A stretch of 64,000 nt of DNA, from the NCBI RefSeq assembly GCF_964204645.1, contig NC_134032.1:6498275-6562274 (forward strand), written 5' to 3'. The first letter of the stretch is position 1, and every line of letters starts with the position of its first letter. The translations under genes were made by a program, and so were the position numbers. The notes under the pieces are model-generated. The model was given only the letters and a program-made list of their open reading frames with translations. It had not been told where the DNA came from and made no database searches. Shown one piece after another: positions 13,501 through 25,516 of this stretch. This DNA comes from Tubulanus polymorphus. Its lineage: Eukaryota; Animalia; Nemertea.

Positions 13501-14910
13501 GTAAACATGCTGTGGGGGGTAGATGGGTTTACACAGTCAAAACAAAACCTGATGGATCAGAGCTGTATAAGGCAAGATATGTAGCCAAGGGCTATAGTCA
13601 AAGGGGTTGATTACAAGGAGACTTTTTCTCCTACTGCTAAACTCACATCTGTTAGAATCCTTATGCAATTAGCAGCTCAAAACAATTTGAAACTTGAACA
13701 AATGGATGTTAAAACAGCATACTTGAACGCCCCTATCGACTGTGAGTTGTACATGGAACAGCCAGAGGGCTTCAGTGTAAAATCAAAAAGTGGTGATAAG
13801 TTGTATTATAAGCTCAACAAATCTCTGTATGGTCTAAAACAAAGCGGCAGAAATTGGAATAACTTGCTCCATGATCATTTGATAAACCATGGGTTTGACC
13901 AAGGTTTAGTTGACCAATGCCTGTATATAAAATATGTAAATAATGAAATGGTGATTATGTTAGTATGGGTCGATGACGTCCTAATTGGTGCAAGTAGAGA
14001 TGATTTAATGTTTAAAACTAAACAAATGCTGAGCGACAGATTTAAAATGAAAGACCTGGGGAATATCTCCTGGTTCTTAGGCATTGAATTCGAGCAGGGT
14101 GACGGTGAAATAACAATGAGTCAGAAAATGTACATAAACAAAATCCTTGAAAAATTCCAAATGTCTGATTGCAAACCAAGAAAGACCCCATGTGAACAAA
14201 AACTGTCATTTAATGAAAATGCGGAGCGATACGACGCTAAGAAATATAGGGAGTGCATTGGTAGTTTGATTTATGCAATGACTTGTACTAGACCAGATAT
14301 TAGCTATGTAGTAACCAAACTATCACAATATTTATCAAACCCAACAGTTGAACACTGGACGGCAGCAAAGCATGTGCTCCGATATTTGAAAGGTACTAGT
14401 GATTACAAATTAGTGTATAGAAAGGATGAAAATGGGTTAAAACTCTCAGGTTATAGCGATGCAGACTGGGCATCATCTGCTGATGATAGGAAGAGTGTTA
14501 CGGGTTATTGTTTCAGTTTATCTGACCAGAGTGCATTGATATCCTGGAAATGTAGGAAACAGCCTACGGTAGCTTTGTCTTCGTGCGAATCAGAATATAT
14601 GGCTTTAGCGGCGGCCACTAAAGAAGCTCTGTACTTATCCCAATTTCTAACTGAAATTGACCCCAACGGTAGCTACGCCCCAGTCACATTGTACGAGGAC
14701 AACCAAGGCACTATCGCACTGGCCAAAAACCCCATCAATCATCAGCGCTCTAAACATATCGACATACGATATCATTTTATTCGTACAGAGCAAAACAATG
14801 GCAAAATTGAAATCATGTATTGTCCTACGGAACGAATGATAGCTGATGTTCTGACAAAGCCAGCAACAGATTTTAAGTTGAGAGAGTTTCATCCAAATAT
14901 TTTTGGTTAG
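13501..14910 (+). pseudogene. pol: Copia reverse transcriptase and RNase H
   Basis: RWVYTVK..YKARYVAKGYSQ, frameshift near 13600, then QMDVKTAYLNA, SLYGLKQSGRNW, WVDD, YSDADWA, EDNQG, KHIDIRYH, ADVLTK. Confidence 0.95.
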
Positions 14911-15228
14911 AAAAACTGCTTTGTTAAAAGTGTACCATTAAACGGCATGTAAACATTGATGCTACACCCACAATGCTTATAAACACGAAAGCACGTGTTT
15001 ACTGTGTATAGGGATTTTGTAAATATTGTCAATTATAGTATGCATGGTAATAGCGAACATTTTAAAGAGTAGAATATTGACCATTTATGATAGATGATTT
15101 AACCAATTACAGATGATTAGTTTTTAATATTTATCTGACGCAAAAGTTAGATTGCCAGATAATGAATATGTTATGAAATATGAGTTCTATGTATTTTAAT
15201 AATCTATCAATTGAGAATCATGTGGGGG

Positions 15229-15461
15229 TGTTGAGTTATGTTCTCAATTTACTCATCTTAGTGTGAGAGATTGTTTATTGTTTATATACCGGGTGGATGC
15301 TGCATGTAACCAAGACACACATCTGTTTGTAATTATTCTTGCATCTCTTTGTATTGTGGTTAAATAAAGATTAGTACGAGTCAGATAGTCAACGAAAGAA
15401 GACGTGTTATAGTTTCTCTGCTCAAGGATTTTCCCCCATCATGGAAGGACAAAACCCAACA
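15229..15461 (+). repeat. Copia 3' LTR
   Basis: Identical to 4344-4576; followed by TSD ACAAC. Confidence 0.97.
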
Positions 15462-15466
15462 ACAAC

Positions 15467-18200
15467 ATTTGTAACAGGGGTTATATTATCATCTAGACGT
15501 ATCGGCCATACTCCGCGCGGTGGCGCCACCCCGCGGGATTTACGCGAAGCAGCAGAACACAAACACGGCCACTCTCTCAATTTTCAATGATAGAAATCGT
15601 GTGTGCATTTCAATTATTTCGGCTGTTAGGGTTTTAAGGCACAATATAAGTTGATGATGTGATATGGCGATGTTAATTAATGATAATTCCGCAGTGAAGC
15701 TAGTCACGAACGGTGCCGATTGAGTGTACAGCTGCCAAAAACACTGAAATGTGCGTAGTTGCGTAACTATTTGCAGTGAATTGCAGACGAAACATGAAGC
15801 CTTAACGGCCGTTTAAAAAAAATTATACCAATCGCAATTGTAAAATAAAAATGAGATAGAACCTAAGTTAAAATTCTGGCCATTTCTAAAATGTTATTAA
15901 TTATTATTACTAATTTTTAGTCAGTGCGGAACGTTTAGTTTTCCAACAATAATGATAGGTTGGGTGGTAGGTAGTCATGCAATTCAAGTCATCATTTATT
16001 ACACGTTACTTCCGTGTTGTTGAAAATCTCGCGAGTCCTGGACTAAACCCCAATGAACAATGTGATCTGTGTGCTGGCCACAAATGCACACAGATCACAC
16101 TACACTACCCATTACACACTCCAGTACCCACAGCTTTCATATATTCATCCAAATATTTAGTGGCTTTCTTCCTGGATCAACAATATGTTTCAGTAGATCT
16201 TTCCTGAAGCCTAAGTCAATACCGTCACATATTATAACATCTGGCCTGCTTTCACAAAGTGACCAATTAAACTCAGTCTTCCAATCGATATCCAATAAGA
16301 CGAATAAATGCATTCCAACTCTGCTGTAATACATGCAATGGGATCATTGTTTCATCTTGTAGAACAGCATTTGCTCTGGCTATTGCCCTAAAAAAACAAA
16401 GTTGAAAAATTTGTACTCAAATTATCCGTTTGATCTCAGCTCAATAATTTTCTATTTTCATTACTGATCCTTTCAAGTAATAAATGGAATATTGTACTAT
16501 ACTTTACCTGTGAAATGTTGATAGTGGATTACAACCTTCAACCATTAGAAACATGTACTTGAATAGAACCCGATAGTCAACAAAATCTGTATCATTTAAG
16601 TTCACGAGTAGATGTTCTGAGCCATCGACTAACAGTTTACATTCACAGTCACCTTTCGCTGGTCTGTAATATGCTGAAATTCAAAATAAAATGTGTCAAT
16701 TTATATAAGATTAAAATTGGAATTTGCTCGCACTAATGAAAAAATTATCAAACACACCTTTAATTTCTTCAAGTTGACTGTCGCAGTATGTATCACTAAA
16801 TGTACCATTTTCGCAGTGTGAATCCTAACCTGTTTGCTTGCCAACCAACCCATTTCAACTAGATCTCTAGTGTCCCAAAGATTGCTATGTTTGCACTGAA
16901 ACGTATTGTCAGTGTTAGGAAGGAGAAAACGTGGCAATGGTTGTCCTCTATTTCATCTTTGTAGTAAATTCTGTTGCGTTACAGTTAACGGATACGGAAT
17001 GGGGTTTGAAGATATGTAAACTGTTCCGCGCATCACTTGTTTTGGTCGGTTTGTCTATATCATCCAAATTATCGTACACAGCAATTTCTTCTTTTTCACA
17101 CCACTCCTTATAATGATTAATATGCGAACAGTTGTGATTATATACACACGATTCACAAATTAAAACTTTCAATCGTTTATTCCACTTCACTATGCTCAAC
17201 ACATTATCGAGACAGATAAGTACTAACAACGGGTTAGTACTGAACACAGACACCGGAGATAGGTTTAACGAAGCACATACACCGTTAAAGTTATTTACTG
17301 ATTTGGAATACAGTAATTTAACTGAATAGCAATGTATACAGTAATATTTCTCTTCTCTATCTGAAAAGTCTCCAAATGATTCACTTTGAAGTACATCATT
17401 GATGGCTTTTTATTTTGTCAAATGACTTAAACCGGATGGACAGTTGCACGTTCAGAGGTACTTTATCTGATTGTCTTTAACGAACTTCATATTTTCCCGA
17501 ACAACAAAATGTGATGTCGATTTTTCATCTTTCACAACATATGTATCATCGGATATTTTCCAATGTTCATCACTTCTCCTAAGTTTTAACATATATGTGT
17601 ATCTCTCATCTGTAACTTTGACATCGAAAAATGACGAAGACCTGCGAAGAAAAAATATGCATGTAAATCTAATTTTTTTCTACCAAGATTTCAATAATAC
17701 GGATTAAAAAATCGCAGTGGATATTCTACCGTATACGGCTACGTACTTATTTCCGCTATTTTACCGTAGGCCTACATCGTCGCTATAATGATTTTATTGT
17801 TACTTTTATAAGTTAATACTATAATATATAGTAATAATGTACGGTAAAATAGCGGAAGTAAACACTTTGCCGTATACGGTTAAATATCCACTTCGTTAAA
17901 AAATTGTAAAAAAAACTCACAATAGACATGCTGGAGAATTATTCTGCTTTCGTACTATAAGACTTGCTCGTGGTCGTGGTTTAGGAGGTAAAACATTGAC
18001 AACAGACGGGTGTATCATCTTCTTGTTGAAACGGTTGCTGAACTAGCGGAAATTTATCTTGATCATTATTATTATTACTAACGATATTACTAATGTGTAC
18101 CCTTTTTTGCGGCGTTTTCAGTACATCATCGTCTTCACGATTTCTTTTTCTACGTTTTGATGTATGCAACACACCATCAGACCGTGAATAATCGTTAAAA
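15467..18200 (-). pseudogene. KDZ transposase 5' half (SWIM-like and CxC cysteine clusters, ICDG motif)
   Basis: Exons read ..CESCVYNHNCSH.., CKHSNLW..GW, YYRPAKGDCECKLLVDG..PLSTFHR, WNAFIR(frameshift)LLDIDW..CESRPDVIICDGIDLGFRKDLL. The frame LDDNITPVTNV|VYGTDHKDRV continues across the copia TSD. The 5' limit is approximate. Confidence 0.72.
17713..17895. mobile_element. Hairpin MITE in a KDZ intron
   Basis: Imperfect ~55-bp inverted arms: AGTGGATATT..CCGTATACGGC..TTCCGCTATTTTACCGTA and its reverse complement. Confidence 0.65.
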
Positions 18201-18356
18201 TAATAACACAGAATACAGCGGAATATAGACGGTTGTTCGGTGGTGTACCAGAACACCTTTTCAAGATGGCGGCTATGTAGAGGGCGCCATGGAACAATAC
18301 AGTGAGAACAGAACATTACGACCGCATACAACACGGGCCGAAAGCATCCGTAGCAA

Positions 18357-18578
18357 CACTGGTATCAGTGGTATCGGGGTATCAGTAGTGTCACCGGTCT
18401 CGGAGAGGATCGGGCAGTATCACTGGTAACAGTGGTATCGGGGTAGCAGTAGTATCACCGGTCTCGGAGAGGATCGGGCAGTATCACTGGTATCAGTGGT
18501 ATCGGGGTATCGGTAGTATCACCGGTCTCGGAGAGGATCGGGCAGTATCACTGGTAACAGTGGTATCGGGGTAGCAGC
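18357..18578. repeat. 64-bp tandem repeat, ~3.5 copies
   Basis: Units start at 18357, 18421, 18485, 18549 (CACTGGTAWCAGTGGTATCGGGGTA...GAGAGGATCGGGCAGTAT). Confidence 0.9.
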
Positions 18579-18614
18579 CGGATCACACGGTACCGTCCAT
18601 TCATTAGACTATAT

Positions 18615-18618
<4 letters not shown>

Positions 18619-18667
<49 letters not shown>
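18619..18667. repeat. (TA)n microsatellite
   Basis: Direct reading. Confidence 0.98.
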
Positions 18668-18670
<3 letters not shown>

Positions 18671-18932
18671 TTGGACATTTGAGGAAAAATTCAGTTGTCG
18701 ATTTTTGAATTCCCTGGACTAAAAACCTGTAGTTAAAAAAGGATTGCCAGCGCCAAATCCGCTCACTGTATAGTTTGCTCGGCCGCGCGCGCGCGAAGTA
18801 AATCCGGCAATTCGCGCGGTTCTATATACCTATATAAACCCGGGAGAAATATTCAGGCGATCATTTTACACACGACCACTGACGCGACGAAGCTCTCTCC
18901 GTAGGCTCCTCTCCGTAGATCGTCGACTCAAA

Positions 18933-19310
18933 CCGCGCCAACATCCCGCGCAAATTTCGAGCACGGTAATTCGCGCGGTTTACTAATACCGGTTGGCCTA
19001 CCGCGCCAACATCCCGCGCAAATTCCGAGCACGGTAATTCGCACGGTTTACTAATACCGGTTGGCCTATCGCGCCAACATCCCGCGCAAGTTCCGAGCAC
19101 GGTAATTCGCGCGGTTTACTAATACCGGTTGGCCTATCGCGCCAACATCCCGCGCAAGTTCCGAGCACGGTAATTTACGCGGTTTACTAATACCGGTTGG
19201 CCTATCGCGCCAACATCCCGCGCAAGTTCCGAGCACGGTAATTTACGCGGTTTACTAATACCGGTTGGTCTGTCGTCGACCGCGCCAACATCCCGCGCAA
19301 TATCCGCGCA
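18933..19310. repeat. 68-bp GC-rich tandem repeat, ~5.5 copies
   Basis: CGCGCCAACATCCCGCGCAA..GAGCACGGTAATT..TACTAATACCGGTTGGCCTA at 68-bp spacing. Confidence 0.92.
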
Positions 19311-19328
19311 AGTGGTCTATTTTATATA

Positions 19329-19605
19329 TTCCTCCCAAAGTCAATCGATGGAAACTTGACCAAGGGGTTCGATATTCAAACAATTGACTTTGGGAGGAAT
19401 ATTCCTCCCAAGGTCAAACGAAGAGAATTTGACATTCAGGTCTGATATTCAAAGTATTGACTTCGGGAGGAATGTTCCTCCCTATGTCAAACGAAGGAAA
19501 ATGGACCTGGTCTGATATTCGAAATATTGTCATATGTCAACTGAAGGAAAATGGACCTGAGTCTTAGATTCAAAGTATATTGATTTAGGGAGGAATATTC
19601 CTCCC
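19329..19605. repeat. Tandem array of ~72-bp self-complementary units
   Basis: TTCCTCCCAAAGTCAA...TTGACTTTGGGAGGAA repeated about four times, with decay. Confidence 0.8.
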
Positions 19606-20411
19606 ACCAACCTGAATTTTTAGAAAGATAGGTATCGGTGTTTGTGGGTTAATTTTTTTTTACTTTTTAAACAGTACCCAATAAAGCCAGGTAGATTTAT
19701 GAATTTCGAGTGATACAATACACAGTGTTCGAGGTAATGAGACGGTTTGAACAGACATGCAATTTTAGAAAACTAAATAGATTTAGTATTTTCTTTGTCT
19801 AACAGTAAATTGCTGTAACTTTGTCGACAATCAATTGTAATCAGATTGTAATCAGGCGCTTCTCGATAAAGATGTAGAGGGGAAATCGTAATTAAAACAC
19901 GTGCATAACATAGAAATTAAGTTTAAGTTTTGATTATACAGGGAATATATAAAGACTGCTTACAAATTTTTACAACACAGCTGCGATGAATCTAGATAGC
20001 TTAATACGGCACGAGTTTAGCTAATTTACGGGTTTAAAGGTTTATTTTCTGAGTCAATGGACGTAATTTGATAAATGCATTCTTTAAATGGAAATTCTGT
20101 AGTAATCGATACAAATCCTTTATATTAAGTGTTTTGTGTTAATTAAGAATCGTAATTCAAGGATTAAAGATCATTATGAAGCTGATACATTTCATTCATG
20201 TGGATTCTTCTCTCATTACTAGCGTTAATAGGAGATTCGCGTGTCACGCATGATAAAAATAAAAATATTCGAGTCGCAAATTAGCCATTGTCCTAGTGTG
20301 CATTATTCTCATTTATACGTAAAAATAAAGTGTATTCGGTATGAGGGTTTGTTTCTTTCTTCACTCCTTTATATGCAATTCAGAAATAGGAGTTAATAAG
20401 GAGGTTTTTAC

Positions 20412-21326
20412 GGTAACAGGTAAAAATGCCCCCGGTAAATAGGCCTATCCCCCCTAGGTAATAATCCCCCCGGTAAAAATCCCCTCTAGGTAAAAATCCC
20501 CCCTGGTAAAAATCCCCCCATAATTGATTTCACTAAAATTTTCAACAGCTATTATGTTTAGAAAAATATAGATTCGAAATTTTATTGCACTTTATTGCTT
20601 TATTTAACTCTAGTATAGTAATTCCATCCATTAAATACGGTAACCAAACGTTTGATAAAGAATAATAAGTGTAGAGACAAAATACTTATTCTAGGGGTAC
20701 GAGTCAGTTGATTGAATTCGGTCTTATAAACTAGCCTACTTGCTAATTAAAGAGTGGCCACTGTTGAAAATGAATAATTATTACCTAAGAGTTATTTAGT
20801 CACGGAGCCAACCCATTTGATTTACAGTTATTAACTTCTTTGATTTTTTGGGCACTGGAGTGATTACCCCTAAGATAATTTAAGAATAATTACTGTAGAG
20901 ACAAAATACTTATTCTAAGGGTACGAGTCAGTTGATTGAAATTGGTCATTTAAACTAAAGTGGCTAATTAGGAGTGGTCACTGTTGAAAATGAATAATCA
21001 TTACTTAAGAATTATCTAGTCGCGGAATTATCTAGTTTACAGTTATTAACTTCTTTGATTTTATGGGCAGAGGAGTGATTACCCCTAAGATAATTTAAGG
21101 TATTTGAAATTATTAAACAATAGAGATGACTGTTCTAATCCCTTGGTTAGTTTGGGTTTCTAATGTACTTATGTATTCCTAAATAATGTTGTAAGAAGTT
21201 AATTTCTTTTAACGAAAAGTGGATATGGGGGGATTTTCACCGGGGGGATTTTTACCTGGGGGGATTTTTACCTTGTGGGATTTTTACCGGGGGGATATTT
21301 ACCGGGTTTTTTTTTTACCTACATTC
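20412..21326. mobile_element. Non-autonomous MULE/foldback-type element
   Basis: TIRs built from ~15-bp GGTAAAAATCCCCC subrepeats. Near-perfect 9-bp TSD (GGTTTTTAC / TGTTTTTAC). Internal ~225-bp tandem duplication. Confidence 0.75.
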
Positions 21327-21625
21327 TGTTTTTACTCCTAGCCGAACTCAGTTCCCATTCAGTTCAGTTCAAGTTTATATGCATGGGGATCTATGAAATA
21401 AGGCAAAATACAATCTAGCCACTGAACGTTAGCACCCAGAAAACGTCAGGAATTTGCTGAGAGAAAACATTATGTTACAAGAATATCGGATAGAATCCAT
21501 TCTAAACATGCGTTACTAAACCCAGAACTCCAGATATCGGGATGATATGTCTAAGGCAGATTTCCCCCTTTGTGACACAACCATTTAATTACTCATGTGA
21601 CCATTATGTTTAAACACCTAATGCT

Positions 21626-21810
21626 TTAGTAAATATTGTAGGCACGAAAAAGCATGGCATTGATGAGTCCTATTTTCCATTTGTACGGGCACATGGCGTT
21701 GAAGTTAAAAAGTAGGCCTGTGTTTGAAGCTTTCCTGTACAGTCGAGATATTAAGTCACTACCGGTTTCTAACGGAATTTGTATTTCGGTATCGAGAAAA
21801 GGTAACCCGA
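21626..21810 (-). mobile_element. Penelope-like element RT fragment
   Basis: LPFLDTEI..LYRKASNTGLLFNF..CPYKWKIGLINAMLFRA. Confidence 0.75.
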
Positions 21811-21811
21811 G

Positions 21812-22007
21812 ACACGAGCCAAATTTCAGCACTAAACGAATGATTGCGTTTGAACTGGCACCGGAAATGATCCACTTCGCATTGTTTAGTATCGAGTGAA
21901 TGGTTTGCGTGTGAACGCGCTCTCTAATTAGGCACGGGCCAAATTTGGCCCGTGCCTGATCCGTGTCAATTTTGCCCGGGCCAAATCGTGTCCGTGTGAT
22001 CGCGGCT
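21812..22007. mobile_element. PIF/Harbinger-like MITE fragment
   Basis: End ..CGTGTCCGTGTGATCGCGGCT and internal palindrome GGCACGGGCCAAATTTGGCCCGTGCC. Confidence 0.45.
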
Positions 22008-23330
22008 CGATTTAGATGCTCTAGTCACCCGCTACCAATTGAAACTGGTAGATACCAAAACATACCAAGGGACGATCGCTTATGTACCAAATGTAACCTA
22101 AACAAAATTGGTGACGAATTCCATTATGTGTTTTGGAATGCAATTACGTACTTTTGCATTTGTGAAATGTGTACCAACACGTTTTTCGTTGTACCTAGAT
22201 GAGTTAGCCTCAAAAATTAAATCTCTAGGCGTGGAGGTCAATGATATTAGGTTGTCAATCCTTCTCTATGCCGATGATATTGTCCTAATAGCAGAAGATG
22301 AACACTCATTACAAGTACCTATAAATGAACTAATGGAATGGTGCAAAAAATGGAAACTGACTGTAAATCTTGAAAAGTCCAAAATAATGCACTTTAGAAA
22401 GAAATCTGCTCCACTTACCAACTTTCAATTCAAACTGGAGGACAAAACTATTGAAATTGTAAATGTATATAGATACTTAGGTGTAGAATTCAATGAATAT
22501 TTAGATTTTAGTTATACGGCTGATGCCCTTGCTAAAGCTTCTAGCAAAGCACTAGGTAAATTCCTTTGTAAACATTTTAATTCAAGTAGTCTTTCACATA
22601 AAACCTATAGTAAAATATATAATGCAACTACGGTCCCAATTATGGATTATGGAAGTGCTGTATGGGGACTCAAGAACTATGAGTGCTGTAAAAAAGTTCA
22701 ATTTAGAGCCATGCGCTCATTCCTGGGAACAGGAAAACACTCTTCGTTATTGAGTATCGAAGGTGATATGGGCTGGACTCCTGTATTTATTAGGCATCGA
22801 GTAGAAACGTTAAGATTATGGTTTCGTCTATGTAACATGTCTGATGATAGGATAACCAAAAAAATATTTTTACATGACTATCAAAACTCCATAAGTGGTT
22901 ATGAAAACTGGTGTAATCATGTTAAGTTGATTTTGACGGAATGTCAGATGGAATATTTTTATTTACATCCCGAATTAAGCTCTTTAAACGACATGGCTAT
23001 AAAAAAGGTTCTTTTAGATGCAAAGAAAATTATGTTCAGAAGTTATTCCATTGCCTGGTCGAGAAACATAGGTTCACAGGAGAAACTAAGAACTTATAGA
23101 TTACTTAAAAACACGTTTGGTACTGAAGACTATGTCAAATTCAACCTGAGTAGAGGAAACCGCTCTTTGATCGCTAGAATGAGAAATGGTACTTACCCTC
23201 TTAATATAGAATTAGGAAGGTATAGAAGTTTCCCTTAGCATTGCGTGTCTGTAGTATGTGTAATAAAAATGAAATAGAATCCGAACTACATTTTCTTTGT
23301 GAGTGTAACGCATATCATGATTTAAGAAAT
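22008..23330 (+). mobile_element. CR1/L2-group LINE fragments (RT C-terminal half and C-terminal Cys/His motif)
   Basis: LLYADDIVL, YRYLGV, LNIELGRY..CSMC..ESELHFLCEC; preceded by a second 3' fragment LPIETGRY..CTKC..DEFH. Confidence 0.88.
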
Positions 23331-23747
23331 GGGAACCAACAACCACCACTGAGAAGGCAGGGTTTAAACCCCATCCTTTGTGTAAGACTATCCATCAACG
23401 CCGATTACAAATCGTTTCTCGAGAACATGATAAAACAGGTCACGACAGGTACTATACCGGAATTTAAACTACAATTAAATATACGAGTTAGCGGGTATCT
23501 TACAGAATCAATTATTTTCTTAACTATGTTTACAGATATACCATCAGCACCAGCGTCTTTGCTGCATCGGGGTGAGTCGGGAAAAAGAAAAAGTTTTCAT
23601 TCACTGGATCTGACAGATTTTCACTGAAGAGGACACCTGTCTCTGGTAATTGATTGGCTAGGTTGCTGCCAATATTTACAAAGAAAGAATTAAATTCATT
23701 AGCAATATTTTCGTAGCCATCAACATTGATGCCGTTCCTCTTGAAAG

Positions 23748-24959
23748 TATGGTGGCTGATAAGGGCCATGAAAATATTTCATGATGAAAAAATTATTTCG
23801 TCATGAAAAATAAATTACTATCGAAAAATATTCGTGAGTGAAAATAATTTCATGAAAAATAATTTTCCATCGAAAAGTATTTCTTGAGTGTAAAATGATT
23901 TTGTTATGAAAATAATTTTCTATCGAAAAATATTTCGCGAGTGAAAATAATTTCGGTGTGAAAAAATAAATCGCCTTCGAAATATATTTTGTGAGTGAAA
24001 ATATTTCCATCAGAAATATTTTCCTATGTCTAAAAATATCTGCTGTAAAAATAATTTCGGGTTTTCACGTTTTTGCGCGCTCTATATCGATTGCGCTACA
24101 ACTAGGGCGCAGCAGTGTTTGTACCGTTAAGTATGTAGTGTGTATGTAGTGTGTTGAACGGGACATCAAGTATAAAAAGATGTCTTAGTTTTTGATCCTA
24201 CGGCTACAGCAACTTGTATTTTGGCCCTTTTTATTGATCGGCGGAGTCCACTACATTGGCCAAAATATTTATTTCTTGATGGACACTAGGATGTTGATGG
24301 AGGTGTGAGGAGGAATCACTATCAAGAGCCCTAATTTTGTTTTTGTCTGTACAAAATTGTTGATATTTTTGGCCCTAATTGTGTTCACATGGACCCGATG
24401 TCAGCACCACCATCCCACCCTTCCTAACGTTAGGTCACAAGGACTCGACGACATTTTTAGGATCAAAACCAAAGCTCTACCCATGTACCCTGATTCATGT
24501 GTGAATGAGAGCCGTGTGGTATCCCCTATGATATGCACGCTGTTTGTACCACGAGAGGGCTAGAAGCATAGATGAAATAAGATCAGGTATATACGGTTCA
24601 ACCGACAAGCGCGCACGCGTGCGCTAGCGGAAAACCCCTCAATTATTTTTACACTGCAAAAATATTTTAGTCGTCGGAATATATTTTGAAGGAAGGCGAT
24701 TTATTTTTCATTGCGGAATTATTTTTACTCAGCATATGTTTTGAAGGGAAGAAAATTATTTTTGCTTACGAATATATTTTGATGGAAATTTATTTTTCAC
24801 AGCGGAAATTATTCTTACTCACGAAATATTTTTCGATGGAAATTTATTTTTCATGAAATTATTCTGACTCACGAAATAATTTTTGATGGAAATTTATTTT
24901 TCATGACTAAATAATTTTTTCATAGTGAAATATTTTCATGGCCCTTATCAGCCACCATA
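23748..24959. mobile_element. Non-autonomous IS3EU-like TIR element
   Basis: Perfect 34-bp terminal IR TATGGTGGCTGATAAGGGCCATGAAAATATTTCA, ~300 bp of AT-rich subrepeats in each arm, near-6-bp TSD TGAAAG/TGAAAT. TAYGG ends with 6-bp TSDs fit IS3EU. Confidence 0.7.
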
Positions 24960-25145
24960 TGAAATACCAAGGTAATCTAATCCGATCATTGGAAGATTTC
25001 CCAATTAAATTGTTTAAGATATTCCATGGTTTTTTTTATATTGGATCTAGCTGTTAATAAATTAGTCTCATAATACTTTTTCACGGCATATTTGAGTGAA
25101 CGAGACAAGGTACGTTTGTAATTCAAATACTTTTTCAAAAGACGA

Positions 25146-25516
25146 TTCAATTCAATTCAATTAATTCTTTATTGTTCCTCAACGTAGTTAAACATCATAA
25201 TATTAAGTACAATAAAGACAGGGGTATAAAATAAAACATCTTAAAGGAAATGATAATAATATAGAGATTGAACTAAAACAATAACAGTTGAATATACCTA
25301 TACATACGAAGTAAACAGGTTTTCGGTGAGTCAGTGATGGTCGTTATTTCATGAGTTGAACCCTTTCTCGATGTATTTCCCTAACTATTTAGCCATTTCT
25401 ATAGAGGACATTATAATTACAAATTTGTCTTTATCATTTACATTCGACATGTTGGGATATTGGTTATAAAATTTATTCAACAAGTCTGTTCTTAAGTTAT
25501 CGAATTTTGCACACTC
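25146..25516 (-). mobile_element. 5'-truncated LINE 3' end with (TTGAA)n tail
   Basis: ECAKFDNLRTDLL..DKDKFVIIMS, then AATAAA and TTGAATTGAATTGAA. Confidence 0.65.

Larger units (their letters stand above)
4344..15461 (+). mobile_element. Ty1/copia LTR retrotransposon carrying two nested insertions
   Basis: Identical 233-bp LTRs (TG...CA), 5-bp TSD ACAAC (4339-4343, 15462-15466), PBS, PPT (TGTGGGGG, 15221-15228), domain order gag-PR-IN-RT-RH. Confidence 0.97.

Noticed and set aside
18357-19605. Repeat arrays as CRISPR
   Set aside because: Units are contiguous tandem repeats without unique spacers, there are no cas genes, and the context is eukaryotic.
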